Assembly: GCA_964016885.1 (NCBI GenBank)
Contig: OZ024742.1
Coordinates: forward strand, 326,182,001-326,246,000
DNA: 64,000 nucleotides
DNA from: Eledone cirrhosa
Taxonomy: Eukaryota
Direction of reading: 5' to 3'
A program made the position numbers and the translations under genes. The notes beneath the pieces are model-generated. The model searched no databases, had not been told where the DNA came from, and worked only from the letters and a program-made list of their open reading frames with translations. How positions within the stretch are numbered: the stretch's first letter is position 1; the number at the start of each line of letters is the position of its first letter. Below are positions 1 to 13,222 of the stretch, in pieces.

Positions 1-1294
1 CATTGATGTTAGTTGACTGGAAAGTTTGTTGAAATGAATATCAAGCCACTACCTGCAGCCTCAGATATTCAGGACGTATCGGAGGGTTCTTGCTGTTCCC
101 AGCAAGCATGCCTTTTGAAGCGTTCCAAAAAGCGTGAAGGGGCCAATTTTCTTTAACCATCCCTGGAAACTTTTTGAGATAGCCCCTAGTGCGCCTATGA
201 CAATCGGGATCACTTTGACTTCATGGCAGTTCCAAATCCTTGTTACCTCCCACTTTAAGTCTTGGTATCGGTTAATTTTCTCCCTCTCCTTCTCTTGCAC
301 TCTCGTGTCGAATGGGCAGGCCACATCCACAATCAGGGACGATCTTTTTTCTTTGTCCACAACCACCAGGTCAGGTCTATTGTGTTCAAGTTTCTTGTCC
401 GTCTGTATCCTAAAATCCCACAGCACCTTCACCTGATCGTTTTCTATCACCGCCTCTGGCTTATGCTCATACCACTTCTCAGAATGTGGTAAATTGTTTA
501 CTTTGCATAGGTGCCAGTGGATCACCCTGCCCATCACATCATGTCTCCAGCCCTTATAATGAGTCCGGGCTAGGTGTTTACACTCCGATACAATGTGAGC
601 CACGGTCTCCTCTCTCTCTCCACAGATCCTGCACAGTGGGTTAGCCTCCTCCTTGTAAATATGGTGTTTCAACGACTTCGTTTTGAGGGCCTGCTCCTGC
701 GTAGCCATTAACATTCCTTCTGTAGCCTTTTTAAGGTCTCCTCTTTTCAACCAGTTCCATGTCTGTGGGTCTCTAAATTCAGTTTTCTCAAAGAGGGTAC
801 TATGAAGGGATTTTTCCTGAAGGCTGCTCTTCCTCCTTGATGTTATTTCCTCCTTGGACATCCCCTGGCCTATTGTCTCCTCCTTCAGTACAGTTCTGAG
901 CATTGGCTCCTTACTATCAGTCACGTATTTGTGTAGGTTGTTTTTCTCCATCTGAACACAGTCCTCTATGCTGATAAGACATCTTCCACCTTCAGATCTC
1001 CTTAAGTAGAGTCTATCGACATCACTCCTCTTCTGGAACATGTTGTAGATAGTCAATAGCTTCCTAGTCTTCCTATCCATTTCTTTTTGTTCAGCAACAT
1101 TCCATCTCAGAATTCCCGCACTGTACCTAATAATAGACACAGCTCGGGAATTTACTGCACTTATGGCATTCCTACTGTTCAGATGTGACTTTAATACGCT
1201 CCTTACTCTCCGAATGTATTCAGTTCTTATCAATTCCTTCATTTTTTTGTTCTTGATGTCATCAGCCTCCAGAACACCCAAATACTTGTATCCT
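1..1294 (-). mobile_element. 5'-truncated R4/Dong-type non-LTR retrotransposon (restriction-like endonuclease class); 3' UTR runs off the window start
   Basis: The minus strand reads GYKYLGVLE (late RT motif) immediately after a (TAA)n tract. It then has a CCHC knuckle (CRICGEREETVAHIVSEC), RHD, and PD-(D/E)xK endonuclease motifs (RPDLVVVD...IVDVACPFD...KINRYQDL). Confidence 0.9.
61..1281 (-). CDS. C-terminal part of a non-LTR retrotransposon ORF (RT thumb, zinc knuckle, restriction-like endonuclease)
   Basis: Open 406-aa frame with the motifs above; the N-terminus and RT catalytic core were lost by 5' truncation. Confidence 0.85.
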   Translation of the reverse strand: MGVLEADDIKNKKMKELIRTEYIRRVRSVLKSHLNSRNAISAVNSRAVSIIRYSAGILRWNVAEQKEMDRKTRKLLTIYNMFQKRSDVDRLYLRRSEGGRCLISIEDCVQMEKNNLHKYVTDSKEPMLRTVLKEETIGQGMSKEEITSRRKSSLQEKSLHSTLFEKTEFRDPQTWNWLKRGDLKKATEGMLMATQEQALKTKSLKHHIYKEEANPLCRICGEREETVAHIVSECKHLARTHYKGWRHDVMGRVIHWHLCKVNNLPHSEKWYEHKPEAVIENDQVKVLWDFRIQTDKKLEHNRPDLVVVDKEKRSSLIVDVACPFDTRVQEKEREKINRYQDLKWEVTRIWNCHEVKVIPIVIGALGAISKSFQGWLKKIGPFTLFGTLQKACLLGTARTLRYVLNI

Positions 1295-1301
1295 TATTAT
1301 A

Positions 1302-1350
<49 letters not shown>
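1295..1350. repeat. (TTA)n/(TAA)n microsatellite at the 5' junction of the Dong-like LINE
   Basis: Direct reading. Confidence 0.95.
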
Positions 1351-1355
<5 letters not shown>

Positions 1356-1417
1356 CTATATATGTTTGTTTATATATATATTAATACATATTTATATACA
1401 TATGTATAAATAAATAA

Positions 1418-1494
<77 letters not shown>

Positions 1495-3079
1495 CATACA
1501 TACATTCATTTGGAAAACGAAACAGTGCCTTAATACAAGAACACAATGTGTCAGGTTTTTGCAATATACACGCAAGTGTATGTTTGTTTATATATATATA
1601 TGCAAACATACATACACACATACAAACATACATATACACATACATACATACATACATACATACATACATACATACATACATACATACATACATACATACA
1701 TACATACATAAATACATACATACACACATACAAATATACATACTTACATACATACACATACATTTGGAAACCGAAACATTGCCTTCGCTTTCTTTTTTTT
1801 TTATAATTTTCGATGAAAAGATCCTGTTGATACATACGGAGAAATTGCTGGTACACACAGACAGTTAATTAAATAGATAGACAAAGCATTTCTGTCGAAA
1901 GTCCTGGGGCCAATTGGTACATTTTTAAATTGTAGAGCTCACAACGTATAGTAATTGGTAACAATCATTCAGAACTTGCCGGCAATCTGACAAGCAAACA
2001 AACTAACTACAAAATCCTTCTATCAGCGAAAAACAGTGACATTGTAAACAATACGCTTGACAACAACAACAACAAAAATAACAGCAATGACGACGACGAC
2101 GACGACAACAACAGCAATAACAACGTCAACAACAACAACGAAAGCAACAACAACAGCAACACCACCAACAACAATAACAATAACATTTAGCTAGACACCT
2201 ATGTACACATTGTCAAATGAAGGTGTTTCGTATGCACGTCAGGCTGTTGTTCACAAATCTACTTTTAAATAAAATGAAACTCGAGACGAAACAAGAACAT
2301 ATAGCAATATTGTGTCAGGCAAACGGTCATTTTACAACTCAAAATTATCCCTTAAGCCATGCAGAAAATAAACATAAACTATGCCAAAATTATAGAAGCT
2401 GTCGGTAATCCCATTCAAAGAATATTGTAGGCAGCCCTCACAGTTACTAGAAGTCAACTCACCTACAGTGCGAGAGGACAGGTATATGGTGTCACATGCA
2501 GTATTTCCTGAACTTAGGACGTGACGGAGGCCAATTCCCAGTTCGTATGTTACATAACTTCTCATAAATTGGCTCCACAATATATGCGATGGAGAAATAC
2601 GTGGATCAAAATTTAAAAGGTGAAGGCGTCAACCCGTAGCTCGTTGTTAATAAGCAAGCATTCAGTAACATAAGCAAATATTTATTGGCATGTGATCGGG
2701 TGGAGTGTCTTAGACATATATCCGTCGTGACCCTATAAAACTACAAAACAACCTCAGCCTTAATGGCCAGGTACTAATCAAATTCTTTAAGTACAACATG
2801 AAGAGAAAAGAATGGATAAAAAGTAGGTGTTACCTTCTAGTGTATATTATGAAAGATGTGTCACAGCATTGAGGCTGACGAAACTCTATTAGCCTACTCT
2901 GAGTATGATTTTCTAAGCAGAAGGTCAGTAGTTTTGACAGGCGCTTTCAAAACTCGTGAATCGACAGAGCAATCCATGTTTTTGTGTAGGGTTTTGCCTG
3001 GAATTACACTATAGTGCAATTCCTCCCTATTGGAAAACTGTTCCTAGTTGACATGTGTTATTGTTTTGTACGTATTATT

Positions 3080-3765
3080 GCAGTGGATTGGCAGTAGAGG
3101 GTCGGTCGCCATGCTTTGACGCATTGAGTTACGGCCCTTGCCATTCTGAGTTCAAATCCAGCCGAGGTTAACTTTGCTTTCATCCTTACGGTGTCGATAA
3201 AATAAAGTACCAGTAATACTCTGGGATAATTGCTGGCCTTGTGCCAAAAGTAGAAACAATTATTAAGAGTTACGGCCGTTGCCATTCTGAGTTCAAATCC
3301 CGCCGATGTTAACTTTGCCTTTCATCTTTACGGGGTCGATTAAATAAAGTACCTGTAATACACTGGGATAATTGCTGGCCTTGTGCCAAAGGTAGAACAA
3401 TTATCAATATTTATAATAATTATCATTATTGTTATATCTCTTTACTGATGTCCCCGTCCCATTATTCGATGTAAAACATTGTTCTCCATTGTTTATTCGT
3501 TCGTAAATTATCTCCAGCATATTAGTTCCTTGTGGCCCATAAAAAGCATTTATTATTTGGCAGTATCGTTAAAGCGTCAGACATTATGCTTTGCAGAATA
3601 TAGTTACGGCCCTTTACGTTCTGAGTTCAAATCCTGCCGTGCTTAGTTTTGCCTTTCATCCTTACGGAGTCGATAAAATAAAGTACCAGTCACGCACTGG
3701 GTTCGATTAATCGACTTTCTCCTCCCCAAACATTGTTTGCCTTGTGCCTAAATCAGAAACTATTA
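3080..3765 (+). mobile_element. Cluster of three tRNA-derived SINE copies (about 3080-3263, 3266-3403 and 3557-3765)
   Basis: A-box-like GGATTGGCAGTA, B box GAGTTCAAATCC, central GCCTTTCATCCTTACGGGGTCGATAAAATAAAGTACCAG (resembles the Nin/Deu-type conserved SINE domain, from memory), and tail TTGCTGGCCTTGTGCCAAAAGTAGAAACAATT. Confidence 0.85.
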
Positions 3766-6276
3766 ATATTACTATTAATAATGTAAATATATAGATGAAA
3801 ATTAATCCATTCCATTCTATGTTTTATCTATAATATTTATATTTAATCAAGATAGCGTGGGTTGAACACACGGAAATCATAGCAGATAATCAAAGTCGAA
3901 CTTTCATAACTGGAAGGAAAGAATATTAATCGATGCAATACGATTAAAATAACAGATTTCGTTTTTTTTTTTTTTTCGTTTTTTTTTCTTGTTTCTGATT
4001 TGCTTATATCATTTTTGTTATTTGTCTATTTAGTTACTTTTAGTGCGTCACAGGCATAATCGCATCTAATAAAATATTATTTGTCAATAAATTAAACCCA
4101 TAAATGGAATAAATACTTCTTGAAGACTCGATAAACGAAATTGTATAAAAATATCTGATGAATTTGATCTATTTTGTTGTGTTGTATTGTTTAAACGTCT
4201 TCTGTTGAGGATGGGTTTTCGCCAGGCTGACTACCTATTTACTTTTACTTTTATTTTATTTTTACTGTTTAGTTAGGTAGTTAAGAGGAGAGCTCAAATC
4301 TTATTTCTCGAACTGGGAGGAGGTACCCTCAAGCACAAGAGGTGTTCCGAATTCTTGCAACAGAGTAGGTTCCGCTAATTGAACCCATGATGAGGTGTTG
4401 GCGTTAAACCGACCGCTGGATTAACTCTTTGTCGCAAGCGATTACAAAAGGCAATGAAATAGGGAAAATAAATCAAATAGACCAATGGCATTAGTTTAGA
4501 TAATTATCTCAGGAATTAATCCATTGAATAACTTGCATACAAATTCTAAATTAATGAAAATTAATTCACTCAAATTTACCCTTAGGTAAATAGTAGCCGT
4601 AATGGAAAGACCGTTGGAAACAGTTTATTTGGTCCTCTCTCATGACTGTCTCCTTTCAATTTTCGCGAAAGAAAACAAGAAATCTATTTGTAATTGTTAT
4701 CGCCTCTCGTTAGAAAGGGGAAGAAATTTTCAAGAATTATAGAATTAAATTTCCCTGCATTTATTTTACATTTTTCAGAGAAAGTCCTATCTGGTCGTAG
4801 GCAAATGGTCAATTTGGAAAATGCCGTGTTATTATTTTCAGTTCATAAACAAATAATAAAGAAATTATTTTCAGTTATGAAGATAATGGGATAATTGCTG
4901 GCCTTGTGCCAAAAGTAGAATCAATTATTTTCAGTTATAAAGATTTTCCGTTAATATAATCTAAACACGTACATTAACTTAGATAAATATACTATCATTA
5001 TTATTTTATTGAAATTATCTTCACTTTTCTTTTATAGCGGCTAACAGTAACCGCTAGGTTATTTAATTCTCCAAATTCGAGGGAATTTCAATTAATTCTG
5101 GATTATCTTTGAATGACTTTCAATAGATTTCTCGTTAAATTATTTAGCTACATTTATGACATTGAGTTATTCCTCTAATCTGATTATACTTTTAATCGTA
5201 CATTTCAATGTAAGTCAAAATATTGGTACCTCATTCTCCACATGTACAAACAATATGCCAACACATCAAAGTAGGCTTCTGGAGTCTATATAAATGTGAT
5301 GAGGTTTAATTATACAGAACAAAAGTGCATATGCTCCTCCTTTGTCGCTAAACAACGATCACATTATCTCTTAAATATATAACTTAGTTTCATTTTCAAT
5401 TTCTTAATATTATCTCCCGTTTACATTAAAAATCACTACTAATTACTACCAGCGTGCTGTTTCTGTTTTTTTTAAGAAGGAAATTGTAATATATTAAGAA
5501 ATCTTTTTCTTTCCCCACATCCTTTACATCTCACTTTCTAATTTAACGCTCTTTATTCCCTTCCTTTTTACTTTTACCTTATATGTGAAAGTATAAGACC
5601 ACTGAGCTTTAAAATGAGCTAGTAGCATACTTTCAACTATTTCTTATATTAACATCTTACTGTGCATCACAATATGTAACGTTCACATTTAATACCTGAA
5701 CTATCAGGATTGACTAAGGAATAAGCAATTTCAAAATCGAAATCAATCTGAAGATTTGTAGATTGAATTAAACCACTGAACAATAAAGTGAGTAATATGG
5801 TGATTTGAATAACTCCAATTAATTAACAATCCAAGCAACTCGTGCACGAAACACGATCTATGATATGTTTAAAATATCAAACAAATCCTACAAGAATCAA
5901 CAAACAGGAATTATTTTAACAATATATGTAGATTAAACAGACTGAACTCGAGATACTTGCGAATTGAAGAGATATATATTTCTCCCTCACTTCTCTTATT
6001 TTTTAAATATATCATTCCCTGTCTTTCTTCCCCGTCTCTCTCTTTAGCTCTCTCTTTCTCTAGATTTCTCTTTCTCTTTCTCTCTCTCACTAGCTCTCCC
6101 CCCCCTCTCTCTCTTTCTCTGTAGTTCCTCCCACTCTCTCTCACTCTCCCTCTCTCCCCATCTCTCTCTCCCTAGCTCCCTCTTTCTCTCACTCACTTTC
6201 ATTCTAAATATTTCTTTGTTAGATATTTTCCTTTTGTTTCTGCTTATCTACCTATTTTCATTATTTTTTATAAAAA

Positions 6277-6656
6277 GGGCGGTGGATTGGCAGTATCGGT
6301 AGAGGGTCGGACGCCATGCTTTGACGTATAGAGTTACGGCCCTTGCCATTCTGAGTTCAAATCCCGCCGAGGTTAACTTTGCCTTTCATCGTTATGGGGT
6401 CTATAAAGTAAAGTACCAGTAATACACTGGGTAATTGCTGGCCTTGTGGCAAAAGTAGAAACAATTAATTTTATAAAAAGGGCGGTGGATTGGCAGTATC
6501 GGTAGAGGGTCGGACGTTATGCTTTGCAGCATAGTTACGTCTCAAATCCCACCGAGGTTAACTTTGCCTTTCATCCTAACGGGGTCGATAAAATAAAGTA
6601 CCAGTAATGCACTGGGTAATTGCTGGCCTTGTGCCAAAAGTAGAAACAATTATTTT
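6277..6656 (+). mobile_element. Head-to-tail dimer of the same tRNA-derived SINE
   Basis: Two copies, each starting GGGCGGTGGATTGGCAGTATCGGTAGAGGGTCGGACG (about 6277 and 6481). Confidence 0.9.
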
Positions 6657-7264
6657 TATAAATCTTTCTATCTTTATTTTCATCATTCTTTCTTTCCCTG
6701 TCAGCTAATTTCTTTCTAGTTTGTCTTTTTCTCTTTCTGTTTCAAATTCTTCTTTATTTTTAAAATGTTCTTCTTTCTTTCATGTAAAACAGTTTCCTTC
6801 TGTCATTTCCTTTCCATCCCATTCCTTTATTATATCTTAATTTCCCTTAATTTATCATTTTTTTTTTTTCTTTTTTCTCCCATAACTTCTCGCCATTTCT
6901 CTGTTAGTTTCCATTTTTGTTCTCTTTTCTACACTTTTATCTTTTTCTTATCTTCTTTAATTTTTGCCATTTTGTTTCACTTTCTTTCTCACCTTTATTT
7001 CAATTATTATTTCATGCTTGCTATTCCATACTTTTTTCATATAATTTTCTTTAAATCTTTATAAAGTTTTTATCGTTTTTCATGTTATATTTTGTTTTAA
7101 ATTCCTTTAATCTTTATTATAGTTGGTCTTTTTTCTCTTTCTCTATATTTCTATCACAATTCGCCTTTGTATCTTTTCCTCCACGTTATGCTTATCTCCA
7201 TTTTATCAATCGCATAAACCTTAATTTATATCAAAGTTTTCCTTTCCCTCTCTCATTCTCTCCA

Positions 7265-7900
<636 letters not shown>

Positions 7901-7974
7901 AAGTAATAATAATAAATTTGAAGACTAAAATCCAAAGCACGATTCTTTGCTTAAACTTTAATCTGTTATTTTAA

Positions 7975-8020
<46 letters not shown>

Positions 8021-8025
<5 letters not shown>

Positions 8026-8242
8026 ATACTTTAGGAGGGTCATGTTGCCAATAAGAAACACACGCTCCAATTGCTTTCACTTCAATTTATTATAATAAAT
8101 TTATAAATTTATTATAATAAATTGAAGTGAAAGCAGTTGGAGCGTGTGTTTCTTATTGGCAACATGACACTCCCAAAGTATAACAATATCGGTTTCAACA
8201 CACGTTTCAGATAAAGAATCTTGCTAAACAAATTCAGAAACG

Positions 8243-8243
<1 letters not shown>
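8021..8243 (+). mobile_element. Short fold-back remnant of a Penelope-like element 3' end (palindrome 8021-8186 plus extension)
   Basis: Near-perfect inverted repeat between (TA)n tracts. Its terminus (ATGACACTCCCAAAGTATAACAATATCGGTTTCAACACACGTTTCAGATAAA) is homologous to the 3' end of the PLE at 9275-9365 (minus strand). Confidence 0.75.
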
Positions 8244-8273
<30 letters not shown>

Positions 8274-8282
<9 letters not shown>

Positions 8283-8684
8283 TAAATGGAAACTATCTTT
8301 ATAAAACCATATTTATTTTATTATAATAGAGTACCAAAATCTTTTTCGTACGCTTTCATCAGATAAAATACAAAAGTTGTTTTATAGATAGTGACATATT
8401 CAAGAACAAGAACTTATCATTTTAAGTTATGTTTGAATAGTTCTTGTATAGTTCTTGTTCTTGAATATGTCACTATCTATAAAACAACTTTTGTATTTTA
8501 TCTGATGAGGGCGTACCAAAAGAAATGTGGTAATCTTTTAATATATATAATAAAATAAATATGGTTTTATAAAGATAGTTTCCATTTATTAATATTATTG
8601 ATATTATGCCCAGGAAGAAAACTGTAGAGTGCTTCAAATCTGTTATAAATAAATTTGTTGAATAACCAACAAATTAACTCTTTG

Positions 8685-8690
<6 letters not shown>
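8274..8690 (+). mobile_element. Non-coding fold-back element (arms about 8274-8414 and 8449-8598) with a degraded hammerhead motif; same family as 13020-13240
   Basis: Inverted arms visible by eye. TTTTATCTGATGA near 8496-8508. 8470-8690 aligns with the reverse complement of 13020-13240. Flanked by (TA)n. Confidence 0.7.
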
Positions 8691-8777
<87 letters not shown>

Positions 8778-9154
8778 TTATTTATATATTTATTTATATC
8801 GACTTATATTCCCCCCTTCCCCTACTACTATCTACCATACCTTAATACATAGACACACACCACCTTTATCCTTTACCCAGATCACTTTTTAACTATATAC
8901 CCTTATCCACATCTCATCACAAACACTTACTCTCTACTACAATTTTTACACCCCTTTCCCCCATTACCTGTTCTTAATAATTGTTTTTATTATTTTATTT
9001 CAGTTTTACTCCCCTTTCTCCTTACTTACCAACTAGGTTTTTAAGCGTACTCACATAAGGTTATATGTGGGCGCATATGCAGATAGTCTTATGTGTACTT
9101 ACATATATACGTGTTTTTATATGTATGTGTGTGTGAGTGTGTGTGTGTGTGTGA

Positions 9155-9236
<82 letters not shown>

Positions 9237-9841
9237 GTATATATGTGTTAGTATATATATATATATATATATATAACGGTGATGAATTAGTTTTGCGAGG
9301 TTTTTTATATGAAATCGTGTGTCGAAACAAATATTGTTATACTTGGGGGGGGGGGGGGGGGGTCATATTTGTGTAATATTGCCAGAATTAATAACAGAAC
9401 ACATTCACTGTTCGGTTGGTTTTCGCTTTTTGCTTCTGTGTCTTTTATATCGGTAATCTAATTTACTCGGTCCTCAATGTTGCCATTGACTAACCGACGG
9501 TCAAAAATAATACAGATACAATATAGACACAAACACATATATATAGTTTATCATAAATCTTTCGTTGAACATCTGCAACATCGTCAGTGGTGTTATTGTT
9601 TCCTCCCGTTGCATTGTATGTCTACGCCATTTTTATCCAGTCTGTCTATATATTTATTTATTTATTTGCTTGTTTGTTTATTTTATTTTGTCTTCTTTGC
9701 GCATGCGTTTGCGTGTGTGTATAGTGTTTTGTTTGATGTGTGTTCTTGATTGACTAGTGTGTGTTTATGTGTTTGTTGTTATTGTGCTTGTGTATGTATT
9801 TATATATTTATTTATTTATTTATTTTATTTTATTTACTTAT

Positions 9842-11223
9842 TTATACTTCTCTTAGGTCAGTGTTGTTTGTTTGGGTGTTGTTGTTATTCCATTCATTCT
9901 TTCTATTTATTCTTGGTCTTCTAAGTTCTATTTCACTGGCCTCTCTGATTTGCCTATCTGCTGGGTCATTTCTATGTTTAGATATTATTCTAATTTCTAT
10001 GTTGTCTATGTTACCGTCATGTTGTTGTCTAGCATGTTCGTATAGTACTGACCCGTTTTATCGTCCTTTTAGTTCCCCCCAGTGTTGGTCTATCCTTTCA
10101 CCTATGCTACGAGCTGTCTCACCTATGTATGTTGTTGTCATGTTTCTGCAAGTACCCTATGTACATCTTATGCTATAGACTACGTTTCTAGTTTTACAGT
10201 TTATCCGAGGGTTTAACTTACATATGATACATTTCCTATTGGTATAGTGGGTTTTCTTAAAAGGGTAGGTTTTGCTGATCAGGGATTTTATGGTGGTTCC
10301 TGGCTTTTCTACCACCTTAATTTTTAAGTGGGTCTTTCTCAGGGCCTTTCTACACTGGTTAGCTAATTTCCCTCCAGGGGTAGCGTCCACAAACATGACA
10401 CTCTGGTATCTCTGGTTGTCGTACCATAAGGTGGCTTTCCCTATCTTATGACTAGCCCTATCTAAGCTATTCCCTGATTTGCTCCTGTATAACGGGCAAA
10501 TTCCTTTCATGTCTAGTTCTATGAGGGTCTTATACTTCTCCATGGCTCCTTCGTATACTCTGACTCTGTCTCTTTGGTTGTAGCCAGAGAACTGCATTCG
10601 GTTGATGAAGTGTTGGATGTGTCTTTCCATTTCAGTTGGGTCGCACATGCGGGACACATTCTTCATCATTCGTACCAAATCTGCGATCAGAATATTAAAC
10701 TTAGCACTACTGGACATTGCTGAGTTTTTGAGTATCAGGTATTTGGAGGCCATGAGTTTAGCATAGTGTGAGTGGAGAATTTGGGCTCTCTCGTCTATAG
10801 TGTTAATCCAGAGTTCTGTGTCTAATACAGGTAGTCTATTGTTAGGGTGTTTGGAAGGGAAGTCGATAGTTACAGTTATACTCTGGTGTATGGAATTAGC
10901 TATCTGCTGGATGCTTTCCATTGTGCAAGTTCTAAATCAAACTTGTTAGTGCTCTCTAGTGGGGATGTTCTTATAACTATATTGATATCGTCTACATAAC
11001 GAGAGTACATGATGAGGTCTATGGAGCTCTCATTAAGGAGATCTTTAACTCTCCTTTCCCACCATACCATGAAAAGGTTGGCAACATCACCAGCTATGCT
11101 GACGCCAATTGCTGCTCCCTCATTTTGGGTGTAGATCTTCTCGTTGAATTTAAATATGTGGCCTTTTATGGTACTTTTGATACTATCCCCTATTGCATGT
11201 GCGACCATTTTTCTTACCTGATC
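9842..11223 (-). pseudogene. Disrupted PLE ORF: RT C-terminal half, Cys-rich linker and GIY-YIG endonuclease
   Basis: Joins ORFs 10900-11325 and 10157-10921 (frameshift near 10921). The TAG at 10157 corresponds to GAG in the inverted copy. Confidence 0.85.
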
Positions 11224-11224
11224 A

Positions 11225-11565
11225 TAGTCTATAGCATAAGATGTACAGAGGGTACTTGCAGAAACATGACAACAACATACATAGGTGAGACAGCTCGTAG
11301 CATAGGTGAAAGGATAGACCAACACTGGGGGGAACTAAAAGGACGAAAAAACGGGTCAGTACTATACGAATATGCGAGACAACAACATGACGGTAACATA
11401 GACAACATAGAAATTAGAATAATATCTAAACATAGAAATGACCCAGCAGATAGGCAAATCAGAGAGACCAGTGAAATAGAATTTAGAAGACCAAGACTAA
11501 ACAGAAAGAATAAATGGAATAACAACAACACCCAAACAAACAACACTGACCCAAGAGAAGTATAA
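11225..11565 (+). pseudogene. GIY-YIG endonuclease segment in the inverted PLE copy
   Basis: VYSIRCTEGTCRNMTTTYIGETARSIGERIDQH...RQIRE...LN. Confidence 0.85.
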
Positions 11566-12077
11566 ATAAGTAAATAAAATAAAATAAATAAATAAATAAA
11601 TAAATAAATACATACACAAGCACAATAACAACAAACACATTAACACACACTAGTCAATCACGAACACACATCACACATCAAACAAAACACTATACACACA
11701 CGCATGCGCAAAGAAGACAAAATAAAATAAACAAATAAGCAAATAAATAAATATATAGACAGACTGAATAAAAATGGCGTAGACATACAATGCAACGGGA
11801 GGAAACAATAGCACCACTGACGATGTTGCAGGTGTGCAACGAAAGATTTATGATAAACTATATATATGTGTTTGTGTCTATATTGTATCTGTATTATTTT
11901 TGACCGTCGGTCAGTCAATGGCAACATTGAGGACCGAGTAAATTAGATTACCGATATAAAAGACACAGAAGCGAAAAGCGAAAACCAACCAAACAGTGAG
12001 TGTGTTCTGTTATTAATTCTGGCAATATTACACAAATATGACCCTCCCCAAGTATAACAATATATATATATATATAT

Positions 12078-12273
12078 GAACCAGTAAGACCCCGACGGCT
12101 GAGCTCAAGCCGTTTCGACGGCTAATTCTGGACTCAGTCCAGAATTAGCCGTCGAGACGGCTTGAGCTCAGCCGTCGGGGTCTTACTGGTTCCTATTACC
12201 CACTCTACTACCCTAAGTATTGAGTACTTTGGTGCGTTATGGTCCACCTGGTTCCTTACCACATTTCCTTCGT
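12078..12273 (+). mobile_element. Fold-back PLE-type end (palindrome 12078-12192) carrying the 3' half of a hammerhead motif
   Basis: 57-bp arms with a 1-nt spacer at 12135. The left arm reads GAAACGGCTTGAGCTCAGCCGTC on the minus strand. Flanked by (TA)n. Confidence 0.6.
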
Positions 12274-12563
12274 TATATATATATATATATATATGTATTT
12301 GTTTATATGTATTTGTATATATGTATGCTTGTGCTTGTATATATGTTTTTGTGTATATGAGTATATATGTGTTTATATGTTTGTATAGATTTACGTATAT
12401 GTTTATTTGTATGCGTGTGTTGAATTCTTATTGCGTGCGTGTCTTCGCACGCGTATGTGTACGTATGTACGTTGGTTATGTACCTTTGAGATTCATATTT
12501 CTAATTTATTGTAGTGTTTTTGGTATGTGTATGCATGTGGATGTGTGTGTATATGTTTGTATG

Positions 12564-12608
<45 letters not shown>

Positions 12609-12609
12609 A

Positions 12610-12642
<33 letters not shown>

Positions 12643-12943
12643 GTGTGTGTGTGTGTATATATATATACGTATGCACATGTATGCGTATGTGTACGTATAT
12701 TTATTTTTTATATGTATATACACATATATACGTGTGTGTGTTTGCATGTGTGTATAGGTATATATGCTTGTATATGTGCATATGTGTATGTATGTGTGTA
12801 TATATATATATATGTATATGCATATCTTGTGTATTTGTTTATATTTAAGTTGTTTTTATTTATTCCTCCCCCCGAACACTCAACCTATCGTTGTCAACTC
12901 TCTTTTTTTACTTTATTTTGTTTTTGATTTTGATCTTTACTTT

Positions 12944-13023
<80 letters not shown>

Positions 13024-13157
13024 TAGAAGTGGTATTTAATTTGTTGGAAGTCCGACAAATATAAATGCTTATAACTGATTTAGAGCACTCAACAGTTTAC
13101 TGGAGTAAATATTCAATGATATTAAATAAATGGAAACTATATTTATAAAACCATATT

Positions 13158-13222
13158 TATTTTATTATATATATTTCAAGGGCAACCAAGACAACATTGG
13201 TACGCTTTCATCAGATAAAATA
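13158..13222 (-). ncRNA. Type I hammerhead ribozyme motif with an intact core
   Basis: Minus strand: TATTTTAT-CTGATGA-AAGCGTACCAATGTTGTCTTGGTTGCCCTT-GAAA-TATATA-TA-ATAAAATA. This gives an 8-bp stem I, stem II AAG/CTT plus ACCAA/TTGGT, and a palindromic stem III. Confidence 0.75.

Larger units (their letters stand above)
9275..12060 (-). mobile_element. Penelope-like element: 5'-truncated main copy (9275-11224, minus) plus inverted 3'-end copy (11225-12060, plus), inserted in (TA)n
   Basis: RT motifs YTQNEGAAIG, RYVDDI, PVLDT and FSGY, and GIY-YIG motif VVYSIRC...YIGETARS...ER. 9334-10181 is the near-exact reverse complement of 11225-12060. Confidence 0.92.

Noticed and set aside
10157-10159. 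In-frame stop in the PLE ORF as possible selenocysteine recoding (as in Naiad PLEs)
   Set aside because: The codon is TAG, not TGA, and the inverted copy has GAG; an ordinary mutation.
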